64,000 nt of DNA from Phoronis australis. Its lineage: Eukaryota; Animalia; Phoronida. How positions within the stretch are numbered: the first letter of the stretch is position 1; every line of letters begins with the position of its first letter. This document shows, in pieces, positions 11,853 through 33,107 of the stretch. Both the position numbers and the translations under genes were made by a program. Under the pieces are notes generated by a model. The model saw only the letters and a list, made by a program, of their open reading frames with translations, searched no databases and was not told the origin of the DNA. The DNA lies in NCBI GenBank assembly GCA_002633005.1, contig NMRA01000292.1, positions 271,328-335,327 on the forward strand. The letters run 5' to 3'.

Positions 11853-13416
11853 AGATGATCATCACTCCTTGGCAGAAGTCCCGACAAAATGATTGGCCCT
11901 TCAAATTGCTGCCTTGTCCTGGTAATCCACATCCGATGGTGATCTTGCAAGTCCTTTAGGCGAGTATAGTTGGCAATGTCGTTTGTTCCAGCGTGGAGGA
12001 CGATGGCATTTGGCTTGGTTGGTGGGATGTATGTTGCTGGAAATGTCATAATTGTATCAGATAACTTTTTACAAGATGACAAACAGAGAGGAAATAAAGC
12101 GTGTTCATGGCTACAAGCCCCAACTGTTGCTGAAAGTGATGAAACTTCCTCTTTGATGTTTCATTAGAAACATCAAAGCCAGGATCAAACACTTGGAGAT
12201 ATTCTGGCAGCAGTTGGGGTCATATTTTTTACAGTCACATGACCATATGGAAATGAAAGCTGGCTCTTTAGTTACAGAAACACACTAAACTCTATGAATT
12301 TTCCTTCAAAACCAGCCCCATCATAAATAAGTTGTTTTAGCATACCTGCAGCACATGTTGACACCTTCCCACCTGGTTTGGCAATTAAATTCACGTGAAC
12401 TTCAGCAGTTGACCTGGCGTACTTCAGAATACTGTCAGTGACTATCAAAACCTGCAAAACATTATCATAACTGCATAATATTGGGAGTAAGTATCAAGTT
12501 GAGTTTTTTAAAAAAATCACAAACACTGAACCTAGCTGCGATCAATTGCCCTGATTTTTTAGGACACCAAGAAATTGAGAAAAATGTGAGAGACCAACAA
12601 CCCAGGTCTCAGAACTTGGCACTCAGGTCTCACAATGCTGAAATGGTATCAACAAGAGAAGGGAATTGCAAGTGAGGAAGAAATTTTTTTCTTTTGACAC
12701 TGGCTTAATTATGAATTCCTGTGCTGTTACAGTGTTAGCAAATTTATGTGTTTAGGAATAAAATTTTGTCATATGTTTGATTTACAATAACATGCTGCAG
12801 CCATGACGACATCTTCAGATCTTAGGGTGACAAAAAATACAGGCTCAACTCGGTGAGACTGTAGATTGTGTTTGGCCATATTCAAGTGCAAAACTGTGTA
12901 CCAACATCAACATACCACAGTTCTCAATCCTGAGTAATTGAACTCAGGCCTAGCCATTTCCAAAGCATACATCCCTGGAAAGTCATATATTGACAAGGTG
13001 CCTTCGGGCATGTACCAAAATTTTCAGATAGGACTAGGATTTTTTTAGCACGTATTGAGGGACCCATGCAGGGTCCAATAGGTACTTTAATTTGTATTCT
13101 GTTCCCACAAAAGGCGCACTGCAAAAATTACCCGCAAAAATGGGATGGGAATTAGCAGATATGGAACCCGCAATAGCTGGCAAGCGTTCATTAACATTAT
13201 GACCTATGCTAGGTCCTAACTAAAATCTAGACTAAGTCACGTGTTCTTATTCAAAATATGTGGTTATATCTCGCGTAATCTCACAAAGTCTTGCTTTTTA
13301 GCGAGGTGGTCCTAGCGTTACTGAATGGGAGGCGGGTTTCTCCACAATTTTTGGCTCACACCTGCAGGAATCTTGTCAATATCGGTGAACATACAACCTA
13401 CCTTAACGTCTCCCAT
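11853..13416 (-). CDS. Spliced SGNH/GDSL hydrolase-like ORF (LINE ORF1 esterase type), C-terminus not found
   Basis: Phase-compatible GT-AG exons 13416-13402 (MGDVK), 12451-12346 (VLIVTDSILKY..AKPGGKV) and 12036-11853 (PNAIVLHAGTNDI..IILSGLLPRSDD) give SGNH blocks I-III. Block V (DxxH) not located. Confidence 0.65.
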
Positions 13417-16400
13417 TCTTTGCGACTTCTCACTGAAAACAAGCTATTATTATACTGAAAACAAGGTCCTAGCTAATATTTATAAGCTGGAAAGAAGTCA
13501 GTTGTCTATTAAGCAATAACTAAAAATCGGTAAACAAATTCACAGATTCAAAAAATAGCTGTACCTTTACAATTACAACTAAGTCACTAATATAAAAAGC
13601 AAGTACAACCAGATTCAGCTTTGAGTTTGAGCTTGGATAATCTACGAGTACACTTAAAAACGGCGGTCAATGAATGAACTAGATTAGTGTGCTATTATGA
13701 TCGGAAGCGTTAACAATGAAAATAAACGACGTATTAGTTGTATCTTGCTCTGTAATTTCTTGGATTTTTCAGCTAAGATCTCTCAATAAATTTCACGTGT
13801 TGTCTAGAGCAGGGCGGTCTCAAAGAACACCGTTTCCGGTGTTATTGTAACTTCCTGTTTTGTCGTCAAGGGAAAGCTACACAATATTCCAATTTTCTTA
13901 ATTTATTGGAGCAACATTAATTTTCTGAGAGATATGACATGAAACATTATTTAAAAAACACACTAAAACATAGCGACTCTGGAAAAATCATAAAAAATAC
14001 TTTAAACACTGTCACCAGCATGCTTGTATACGAGTTCTCAGGGCCTCCACTGGGGGCGCCAGTATGCTTGTGACGTCAGTGGACAAAAGGGGAATTGGCC
14101 AACATTCACCATTCTGCAAGACCGTATACCTTCCGTACACCGGAAGCTGCCAAAGACTTTGGCAAAGTACGCCTCACACTGGCGAAATTATCAAAGTCAC
14201 GTTGCTATAAATAGGCTACCATTCGAGCTTATAAAAAGAACACCTGTGGAGTCCTTCAATGCCAACTCGAGCAATGTCAAGTAAACATTTCTCTTGTGAA
14301 TTATATTTCCTGTTTTGAGTATGAAGTACTATCGTATTAAAACTCTCTAAATCTGTACTCACATTTGCCTCTTTGCTGAACGATTTAGATGCTGAGCTTT
14401 CATGCCAGTGGCCTGAGTTTGATACCTGCTGTTGGCACATGGATTTTCCTTACCAACAGTTCCAGAACATACAAGTAGGAGAGGCACTCACAAAACTCAA
14501 AAGGCAGAAAGAGAGTTACTCACTCCCCCCCCCCAACTGTCTTCCAAAGGCAGGGGTCCTCTCCATGCTACTCATGATCGAGAAGATTGTTGTGAATTTT
14601 TGGTTCTAAGTGCGGCGGCAAACTTTCATATAGAGCCTTTCTAAATCATTTCCCCAGTGGCATTTGGGGCTTGAATTTTACACTTGTGGCCTGTGTTCGA
14701 TTCCCGCTATAAGCATGTAAATTTTTCCACACTTGGGTAATTAAGATTTCTTTCTGATACGTCTTTCCTGTTGTCAGTGAAACCGTTGATAAGCTATACC
14801 ACTAGTAAACTGTGCGCGGATCACCTTTGTGCATTAGCAACTGGCTCACTTCCGAGGTCATAGAGATCAAACCAGATGCGATTTATACATTTACATGCTA
14901 TAGACTTGCAAAGTGATGCAGTCAGGACAGAAATGACTCAGTTCATGATTTCATTGACAGAAAGTTGGGCTAAATGTAGATTGCGATAGCATTCATTTGA
15001 GCTGGAAGGATAACTGCCTCCAAAGATGTCCAGCTGACTTGAAAGGTCCATATAGCAACGTGACTTTAGGCCGTGTTTAGCGTACTTTGCAGAAAATCTT
15101 TCAGTGTACAAGATTGATTAGGATGTAACCTCTTACTCGACCATGGGTGGTTTTTCATGACTCACAATTGGCTGAGTTTGACTAGCCTAAGCCTGTAAGA
15201 TGACTTAAAATACACTTTTCAGCAAAGTAACAGAACTTTGCATAGGACTGGACTTTAGCTGTGAGAGCGTATTTTCAATGAACTGTTTATTGTAAACATG
15301 TATTGAGTGATTTAATCTATTATGGCTGATGATTGGTCATAACATTGAGGTCAAGGTCAAGTAAGTTAGCAATGTAAGCTGGGTCTCCCAACAAGAGTCT
15401 TGGCTCCTGTCAGTATGGTCTTGACTAATTAATAGTCCATGGTAATGCAGGGCCCTCACTCACCTGAGTGAAAAGGTGCCTGTGAGAGGAATTTTCGCAC
15501 CATTTTTTACTCAGAGGGAAATTTAGAGATGCTTATTTACTGCACTGCTTTTTATTATTTTATGCTTTTACAAATAAGCATGTATCAACTTTACGTTAAA
15601 CATTTAACACCAAAAACATGCGATGTATTACCGTTGGTCACACTGCTTGGCTTATGACGGCAACAACAAGACCATGGTTCATTTTTGCACAAGCACGTAG
15701 TTGTTAGAAAACATCCATCGGATGGAAAAACTTTAAACTAACTACTGAATATGGGAGCAATAATACCGTAAAGTGAATGAAGCAATGTTTGTAAGGAACC
15801 AGCCTCCATCTTGTACCACAGAGCACACAGTCAATGCTGGCACAATAAGGGTTTTCACTAAACAATGTTTTTTCTCACAACAGTGTATAGTGTCTCACAT
15901 CGATCTCATCAACCATTCGGTCCTACTTCCACGTCAGTGAGCCATTGCTTAACTGTTGACCACAGTGACTGATCCTGATGAGTTATTTGCTCGAACGTGA
16001 TCTGTTTGAGACTGCTGCTGAGAGGAGTGCACATGCAAGTTCATCAGTGAAAAGACAATTTCCTGTATGCTTCTATGTTTCGCTGCATGGATTTCCACAA
16101 TTCTCCTCTTGTAAAACTTGCTTGTGTGCCATTTTGAGCCGTTGACGCACAGAAGTTTTCTTTTGGTTTGTGTTTTCAATAGGCGAGAGTGAAATAATGC
16201 AAAACTGATCCTTGCACTCCTGTATGTGGCACTTGCTTTATGTCGAAACCAGTTTGTGACATCTCCGGTGTCTGGTGGCCTCGTGACTAAAGTTTGAGTA
16301 CAATATTTTTGAGGTTTTCCGAGGCTAAAACCATGAGGGGAGTTTTTGATCACTCAGGGGGGAATTTTTTGACCTGATGAGGGGAATTTTGTGTGATTTT

Positions 16401-17004
16401 TAAGTACTTTTGAGAGGAAATGGTGCCAATATTCGGCCCCAGTTTTGTGCAGTCAAATCCCTTTACATCTGAGTAAGGAACAAGTTGAAACCAGTTTTAT
16501 TGCAAAAAAATTATATTTCGACTAGGGATAAAAGTAAACAATGTAAACAAGTGCTTTAAACTCCACTTAATGAAACCTTAATGGGTGCGGCTGTTCATCA
16601 GGTGTCTGATTTATAGTTGTAAGTGACCTAGTAAGTCAAAAGTTCTTTGCTTATTGGTCGGGAACATGTTTTTTTTCACAACTTAGGGTGAGGTGGTGAC
16701 ATCTGTGATTGGGGGCGGATCTACAATTTTACTAACGGGCCGTTTGCTCAAATAGCAACAGTGTTTTGGTCGTTTTCCAAAAAGGCACTTGGAACCTCTT
16801 GGACCACTCTAGCATTGCTGTTTAAAGGAAAGTGGTAATATTGCCACAACTATTATAGAATGGTTACTCAATGGACTTAACAAATGCAGTAGTTAATTTC
16901 ATGACCTTTTGTTTTTAGGTGTTCATCGTCATCGTCATGGTGAGCTGTGGTTTGTCGTCACAAGTGTGAGCCGCGAAAGGACATTCATTAACTATTAGTT
17001 TTAG

Positions 17005-26699
<9,695 letters not shown>

Positions 26700-28493
26700 A
26701 TATTCAAGCCTCTTTTTGCATTTGATATAATTATTATGCAATTATTACTGAGCATTATCTTTACTATTAATGGTTAATATTTCTGCGTCCTAGTGCCTAC
26801 ATAAAGAAAATAGATTATTGAGACCAAATGAAGCATTATTGGTTCTGGTATGTTACTTCATTGTAATCAAAATTGGTGCAACAGTTTTAGTTTTTGTTTT
26901 TCTAAAAGAATCCACCTGTGATGTGTTTATTTCCTCATCTCAAACCAGCTTGGGTGGTGCAGCAATCACAATTTCCTGTGCTATTGTCTATGCTCATGTT
27001 GACCGAAGAGGGGCACTCGTGTGATTCAGTGTGGGTCACTGGCGGCCAATCGTGAAATGACTGTCACTGTTTGACGTGGCATGCCTCGACATTTAAAGCT
27101 TCACCTTTGTGGTTTTGTTCTGAGACCCTGGCTTTTTCTTTTTACACTGGAGAAGCTCGTGTTCCAAAATTAGTTGAGGTTCAGACCAGAACCTTCTATA
27201 TCTTTTGTTTGGCCTAGTGGTTCCTTTAGATTATCCGAACATAGTTTCACCCGCATTACAGGGACCTGTTTCAACATGCTGTGAATCATTCACTTTTAAC
27301 TTAGACAATAGCATGCACATCAGGCATTGGAATTAGTCTGCCTGATGTGGATGGAGTAGTGTTTACTTAGTCATTCGAAAGTTTACTTTTTGTTGTTATT
27401 GCTTGTTGGATTGTTATATAAATAATACACAGCGGCTATAGGAAACCTTAGGAATTTTATTGAGCATTGCAGTTGTTTTGTTACCGAATCATACATTTGT
27501 ATTGTAAAATTTCTGTATTTCATTGGATTCTGGACAGTAGTGAACAATTAAGTGTATTTTTAAGTAAACTTGAACCAACTCCACCTATACAGGTGGGTTA
27601 ATGGCTCTATGAGACGTTTCAGTGGGTTCTTTGGAACCATTTTTGGGCATCGACCAGAAGTGTCTTCACCAAGTTAAAGAGAGATATTGCCACTATTTAT
27701 GCTGTCAGTGTTGAATTCTTAAAGCTACATCTCGCCATGCTTAGCTAGCTAAAAACGAAAATCAAATTAGGCTTTTTTTTACTCTCACAAAATCAGCCTC
27801 ATCATATTCCCTACCATGACAGGATTCTTTTTCCGTTACCAACTCATGTCACAGGCAATGAATAAATGCTCTGCTTTGCAATTTGAAGAGTTTTCTCGAG
27901 TTCCTGGTGGTTTCGATGTCCTTGTTGGTAACAGATATAGTCTTGTCTCGGTATTATGAGACGATTTTATGAGCTTTTAAAGTCGATTAATTCATTTTCG
28001 TTTTTGGCAGCTAAATACTGATTAGATGTAGTTTAATGAAATATGGTATGATGCCGTACTCTTTGAAATTTGACAAATGAAACCATCTTCCTGTTGTTGA
28101 CTGGAAAGTGCTAAATTTTGAAATTTTTAAACCTCTTTTTACTTACCAGGAATGATCTGCTTGGGTATGGTTTGAATCATATGGCATGGAGATATTTCTG
28201 ATGTGGTTGAGTGAACTGAATTTTTGGCATTGACTATTAAGGAAATATCATTTTCCTTTTTCATGTGCTAATGAGTTCAGTTCACACTTTGGTAATGCAG
28301 TTAAGACATGGAATATGTGGATTCATTTTAGTTTATGTACCATTCATTTTTGTTAATGTTATATTAGTATTAAGTCAAAAATTAAATTAGACAGACTTTC
28401 TATTTTCAGAAAATATTTAGATTCATTGAGTTGAAATCTAGAGTTTTGTACCTAGCTAAATATACATCCTTGTTAATAAAGTCTTACATGAAG

Positions 28494-28737
28494 CATGCAC
28501 GCACCCAGGGTGGGCTCGAGGGGCTTGAACGAGCCCCCCCCATTTGGCAAAGTGGGCATATCGCCTATGAGAAACAAAAAGTCCGAGAAAATGAGACAAA
28601 AGTCCTCTAAACAAGCACAAACGGCAATTCACAGTGGTGTCCAAGTTTTTTTTTAGTTTCCCGGCTTTATTGTTACCAAAAGGTCCACAACATCAGGAAT
28701 TGGAGCCCCCCCATATTGAAGGCTGGGTGCGCGCATG
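28494..28737 (+). mobile_element. MITE family 'CATGCGCGCACCCAG' (15-bp TIR)
   Basis: catgcacgcacccag ... ctgggtgcgcgcatg; homologous copies at 42122 and 5702. Confidence 0.8.
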
Positions 28738-28877
28738 TGAAGTTAACACTCGTTTCTGCATACCTTTTTTAAGTCAGTTTTGTTGCATGTTATGCGAGTC
28801 CGAACATTCATTGGTGCAATAATTATAGATTCTAATTCTTGTGAGGTATAATAAATTTAAAAACTTCTGACTTAAAT

Positions 28878-28985
28878 CTTTGTGTCAGCGTTTAGTCCAC
28901 CACCCAGTGACCTTTGTTTCAGGGTTCAGTAAACCACCCAGTGACCTTTGTGTCAGGGTTCAGTCCACCACCCACTGAGCTTTGT
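28878..28985. repeat. ~34-bp tandem repeat, 3 copies
   Basis: ctttgtgtcagggttcagtccaccacccagtgac-like units at 28878, 28912 and 28946. Confidence 0.9.
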
Positions 28986-30041
28986 TGTTGGTAACAGTAT
29001 TCTTATGTGAACTCTGACGAGAACATGACGGTGTTTTCCCGTTCATTGACTTTACCTGATATGAAGGGTTGTGAGTGTGTCACAGCTAGCCACTTTGTTA
29101 ACTGCCAAGCGCACTCTTTTGTCTGGTATGACAACAGGCAGGCCAATTATCTACCGGACTTATTACAGTCCACATGTGAACACAGTCAAACCCAGAGCGT
29201 TCGGAAAGAATAGATTGTCGTAACTTCGATTGTAGTTGGGCGATTTTGGCGTTTCAAAAACTAAATATGATCAGCATTTGACGATGAATTCCGAAATGCT
29301 CTTGGTTTATGCTCAAATATGTTATAACTTAACTTTTGTTTTTAACAGCACAGCCCAGTCAGGCTAGATACGATCTTCTTGGACATTAGAGCAATTATGG
29401 AACAAAAGAGAGCTGGCTCTCCAACCCTAAATGCCAGAATGGAGTTGATCAGTTGTGTAAGATATTGCATACAGGGGTTATCTTCCCAACTTGTTGTTGG
29501 GCTATCGAGCAAGTTCGGCTGCCTGCTCGACTGAATTTTGACCGAGGGTTGTAGTTGCAACTAAATCAAGCCCAGTTTCACTGCTTCATTTTCAATTTGT
29601 TATTATTGTTCCTCAAACAGACTCTTGAGTTACGGTTCCTCGGCAAGTTAGTCAAAAAATCCGGTCTTTATAAGCACCAATCTGTGGCACTGGGTGGATA
29701 GTGGGAGTAGTTTGACCTCTGATATCTTCAGCTCCAGTCGTAAAAACCACTTTTGGCAGCCTATCATACTACATGCCAGGAGTTTTTCAACAAGATATTT
29801 TTGAGTGTTAAAATCATGTTACAGTATTTTACGGAAAGATGTTACATTTGGCCTAAAGGTTAGGCCCTAAATACGTCTGTTTACATAACTTTCGAAAAAT
29901 TACTTGCAATTGCTTAGCTAAAATTTTCCGCGTGCGTATTGTTACTGTTTTTAATTGTCTCTATAATAATTCATTTTTTTACCTTTTTGCCCAGATGCCG
30001 TTTTTTGTTAATTCGATTTTTGAGAACTAGGCCTCCTGTAT

Positions 30042-30121
30042 GTCTCGCTGGTTCCCCACGTACCTAGCCAGCACGCGTGCTACCGCTGACCAGCTAGCGG
30101 CACTCGGGGAACCAGCGAGAC
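30042..30121. mobile_element. 80-bp hairpin mini-MITE
   Basis: Perfect 16-bp inverted repeat gtctcgctggttcccc / ggggaaccagcgagac; no clear TSD. Confidence 0.7.
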
Positions 30122-30886
30122 TGTTTATTATCGGTAGTGTTTACCTATACCCGTGAAATAAAGTTCGTGAAATAAAGTTTTAAAAAAAATAATAAAAGTT
30201 TACCACGACCTTGTAAAAGAACCCAATCCAGTACTTAGTGTTGCTGACAGCCGTACAGTGTATTTGCCAAATGGCCAGCTCTTGGCGGACTGTCTCACTT
30301 TTTTGATTTTTCCGTCAACCCGCCACTGACACCATCTAAATGTCCCGCTTTTTGACACAAGGCCACATTGAAACATTATCGTATGCTATTGTAATTTCCC
30401 GCGCGACATAGCCATATGATCCCGCTCGACTAAAAGAAAGAAACAGGACGTTTCATGGGTTTTTGCGGCATCCGCAATTTCCCATTCAGCTACTGATAAA
30501 AACGCTGTCGGGCATTTTTGGGTGTTACAGTCTCCCGTTTGTCAAAAAATGCTGTAGGTCTTGGTGTGTTGCAGCGAACATTTCACCCTTTTTATCATGA
30601 AGTCGCGCTTTTCACTCCAGTTGTTCCGTTTTTTCGTTCTTGAAAGTTGGTCCGGCGTCACAACAGGTGCTCAAAATAACTCTGTCTCTTATGAATATTG
30701 TTAGTCCACTTTCTTAAGGAACATAACAATTGTAAAAAAATGTTCCAATGTCTCAGTTGTTTATAGTAACATTCACTACATGTATCAGGATCACTCACTT
30801 AAGTTTACTTTCTAAACTTTTATGGAAAGTCCTACTCTGCAACCAATGTGATTAGCTATCCACAATACAAGATAAATTGTTGCCCA

Positions 30887-32418
30887 TTTTTATGGGTCCA
30901 CATTTATATGTGGGTGCATATTGCCGTCATCTCTGTCTGGGCGTCCGGCGTCCGCAGCTGCATGTCTCCTAGTCATAAACCCCTAATAGGATCTTGAGAT
31001 TTAGCAGATGTGTTCTTATGACAGATGGCGACGAATTTCGGTCATATCCGTCTACAGATGTGCCCCCTACCGGCAATTTTAGTTGTTAACGTTTACCTGT
31101 GTATCTTCGGAGGTCCTCGACGGATTTTCATAATATTTGGCAGATAGGCATCTGTTAGTGAGATGACATTATCCTCAAGTTTTCGAGGTATTTTTGCGCC
31201 ACCTAGTAGCCATTTTTACTGTTTTCAAGTCTCTTTTTCGGCGTCCGCTCCTCTAACAACCAAACCACTCTAAGGAAAATTGGCATATATTGTTCTTAAT
31301 GTGCAGAGGGCGACTGACGATGATTTTTCGACGGCTGCGGCTACTGTGGCGCCTCTTAGTGGCAGTTTTGTTTGTTTTTGCGCCCATGGCTATATCTCTT
31401 ATACGCTCTGCAGGATCTTTATTAAATTTAGCAAGCGTATTTATAGTAATGAAGTTGACAACGGACGACGACGACTTTCAAGGGCATCGGATTACCGGTG
31501 TGCCCTCTAGCGGCAATTTTAGTTTTTTTTACGTTTACCTCTGTATATTCAAAGGTCCTCAACAGATTTTCATAAACTATTTGGCAGATAGGCATCTATT
31601 AGTCGTGACGGAATCCTCCCGTTTTCGGATGGATTCGAGGTCTTTTGCGCCACCTTGTAGCCATTTTTTACTGTTTCCGAGTCTGTTTTTTGGCCTTCTT
31701 CCCTTTGTTAATCAAACAATTCTAAGGATGATTGTGAATTGGCGTATAAGCAAAGATACTGTAAAATCTTTGGTATGAGTCCCTATTGTGAACTAGGACG
31801 ACCGACGATGATTTTCCGACGACTTCGACTACTGTGTCGCCTCCTAGTGGTTTTTACCACGCCCACGGCCGTATCGCCTAAACCCTCTGCAGGATCTCTG
31901 TCAAATTTAGCATGTGTGTTTATATGAAGTTGGCTACGGAAGATGACGATTTTCAGACGGATGCGACGAACGCTGTGCCCATAGTAGCAATTTCATTTTT
32001 TTCGTTTTGTTTTGTTTCTCTGAAGTTCCTTTACGGATTTTTATAGCTTTTCATTAAAAATAAAACAATGACGTGATCCTGTTTTGGGATGGATTCGACA
32101 TAAGTTACTCCATCTAGTGGTCATTTTTACTGTTTTCTAATCTGTTTTTGGCGTCCGCCCCTTTGTCAACCAAATACTGAGCATGATTTTGAAAATTGTT
32201 GTTTATGTTTCTACTGTGAAGAGGCCGGCTGATGAGGATTTTCGGACGGCTTGGATTACTGTGGCGCCTGCTAGTGGCAGTTTTTTGCGCCTCTAGCTGC
32301 ATCTCCAAAACCCTCTGCAGGATATTTATTAAATTTATAGTACAAATAAACACCCCTAGACACACACCGTTTGCGGTGCAGTCGTGGGCGCATTTCAACG
32401 CCCCGCGTTGCTCTTGTT
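30887..32418 (+). mobile_element. Non-autonomous Helentron-associated element (HINE/DINE-1-like) with internal tandem repeats
   Basis: Starts in a T-run; 5' stem-loop atgggtccacat..atgtgggtgcat; GTCY-type tract gtctgggcgtccggcgtccg; ~9 diverged ~145-bp subunits grouped as 3 units of ~430-480 bp; 3' subTIR gtgggcgcat (32384); terminal hairpin caacgc-ccc-gcgttg followed by ctcttgtt. Confidence 0.75.
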
Positions 32419-33107
32419 ATCTATCAGAAAACTATCTGCAAATATCGGATAGATACTTGGAGTAGTTTATCGCATTCTGAATTGCTGCTGAAGAACTATG
32501 TAATTGTATCAAACGGCACCACAGGCAATTAATTATAATTTATATGTATAATTTTGGTTGCCGAATGCCTGACTAAATTATCCACATCAAGTGTGGGGGG
32601 ACCATATTATAAAACTATGTCTTTATCGGGTAGAAATCTTTTGAATTGTTGAAATTATTTCCCTAATGGCTTAACTAGTCATGTATATAACCTCTCTGAT
32701 TCATTTCCTTTTTTATGCTATTGTTACACACTGTAAATTCCACAGGAAGTACACACACCGGAACAAACGAGAGCAAACAACTCTCACACGTGCACGGCGC
32801 AACCTCAGCGGCCGCGAGCTCGGAGTTAGCATTCCAGGGCTAGAGTTATATGATAGAAGTAGGAATTTCGTGAGTAAAGCCAGTTTTATCGCCTGCTTCG
32901 CTTATAGTGCACAGCGTTATGTCCCAATGTTGCGCAAGGTTCGTGTGTCTACGGAACCCAGCCTTGTTACTGCCCAGCGGGTTCCCGTCTGAAGTTTGCA
33001 AGACTTCATCCTGGTTTCCACGTGGAAGGCTATACACTTTACAGGAGGTTATGCAATAAATTAAATGCACCTTACTCCTTGCCTGTTCAACGAATCAATG
33101 CAAGCAA

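Noticed and set aside
7100-14100. Long TIRs bounding the MULE-like cassette
   Set aside because: Searched by eye and found none; only a local imperfect inverted repeat at ~13767/13919.
31280-32465. Several repeated hydrophobic ORFs (MIFRRLRLLWRLLVAV...)
   Set aside because: By-products of the tandem subunits of the HINE-like element.
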